Shown: positions 63,295-64,000 of the stretch, piece after piece
Position numbering within the stretch: position 1 is the stretch's first letter
How the letters are laid out: each line of letters begins with the position of its first letter
Origin: an uncultured Actinomycetota bacterium
GTDB lineage: Bacteria > Actinomycetota > Humimicrobiia > Humimicrobiales > Humimicrobiaceae
Length of the DNA: 64,000 nt
Assembly (NCBI GenBank): GCA_964610315.1
Contig: CAZSVM010000012.1
Coordinates: 4,089 to 68,088 of the forward strand
Direction of reading: 5' to 3'
Program-made: the position numbers and the translations under genes
Notes under the pieces: generated by a model
The model's database searches: none
The model's input: the letters and a program-made list of their open reading frames with translations, nothing else
Told to the model about the DNA's origin: nothing

Positions 63295-64000
63295 AATGGA
63301 AAATAGGATTTCAAAGAATGAAATTATAGATATTATACGGGGAGCCATTTCCGAGGACCTGAATGATGCCGGAGATATTACTTCCCGGTATATTATTCCA
63401 CCGGATAAAAAATCATTTTCCTATATCGTGTGTAAGGAAACCGGCGGCGCCGTTTTAAGCGGTCTTGATGCAGTAGTTTTCACTCTGGAAGAAATAGACG
63501 GCAGTATAAAGGTTGACCGGTTAAAAAATGACGGAGACAGCCTGAAATATATGGATAAAATCTGTAATATCAATGGGTCTACCCTTTCAATCTTAAAAGC
63601 GGAGAGAACCTGCCTTAATTTTATCCAGCATATGTCCGGAATTGCCACCCTTACCGCTAAATTTGTAAAGATTGCGGAACCGTACAGAGTTAAAATCAAA
63701 GATACCAGAAAAACAAAACCTCTTCTCCGCAGAATCGAAAAATATGCAGTACTCTGCGGGGGCGGCTACAATCACCGTTTTGGCCTTTTTGACGGAATTC
63801 TTATAAAAGATAACCATATAATTGCAGCAGGAGGAATTTTAAAGGCCATAGAAAAGGCCAGAGCAGGCGCCTCCAATGCTTTAAAAATCGAAGTAGAAGT
63901 CAGGGACTTTAACCAGCTTGATGAAGCTATAACCGGCAAAGCGGATATTATAATGCTGGATAATATGAATGCTGATCAGATGGCAGATGCGGTCAAGATA
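63295..64000 (+). CDS. nadC: Nicotinate-nucleotide pyrophosphorylase (quinolinate phosphoribosyltransferase), 3' partial
   Basis: Not in the ORF track because no stop codon lies inside the window; manual translation from ATG 63295 gives MENRISKNEIIDIIRGAISEDL...KDTRKTKPLLR...ILIKDNH... typical of NadC. Confidence 0.8.

Overview
AT-rich bacterial chromosomal segment whose gene order resembles Firmicutes/Clostridia (murA next to atpIBEFHAGDC; tsaC-rpiB-glyA beside the atp operon; tmk-holB-ricT). Coding density is very high, mostly on the minus strand. Three blocks stand out.

(1) 0.2-19.9 kb is a cell-envelope glycan locus. It holds rfbB, an RmlC-like cupin, a GT4 glycosyltransferase, a GalE-like epimerase, a PglC-like phosphoglycosyltransferase, a PglF-like membrane 4,6-dehydratase, an LCP ligase carrying tandem Ig-like repeats, and murA. 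Three toxin-antitoxin modules interrupt it (HicAB, MNT/HepT, VapBC), together with an operon encoding a GerMN lipoprotein plus hydantoinase A/B, and a Zn-ribbon protein next to a membrane metallophosphoesterase.

(2) 19.9-39.3 kb holds two rotary ATPases 3.3 kb apart. One is a complete F-type operon whose c subunit looks H+-type. The other is a complete V/A-type operon (ntpF-I-K-E-C-G-A-B-D order) whose K proteolipid has the full Na+-binding residue set of Enterococcus hirae NtpK. The V-type operon is preceded by a ~250-nt leader containing a 15-bp long-range inverted repeat. Between the two operons sit dCMP deaminase, tsaC, rpiB and glyA.

(3) 39.3-64 kb is housekeeping: sppA, apgM, thrC-hom-lysA, argS with a tRNA-Thr(CGU) 33 nt upstream, ricT-holB-tmk, a second VapBC, a 1429-aa double-ATPase CoA-enzyme-activase fusion, a lipoprotein, fumarate hydratase alpha and beta subunits arranged convergently and overlapping, a type IA topoisomerase, and nadA-nadB-nadC (nadC runs off the window end and is missing from the ORF track). 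I found no CRISPR array, transposase or integrase.
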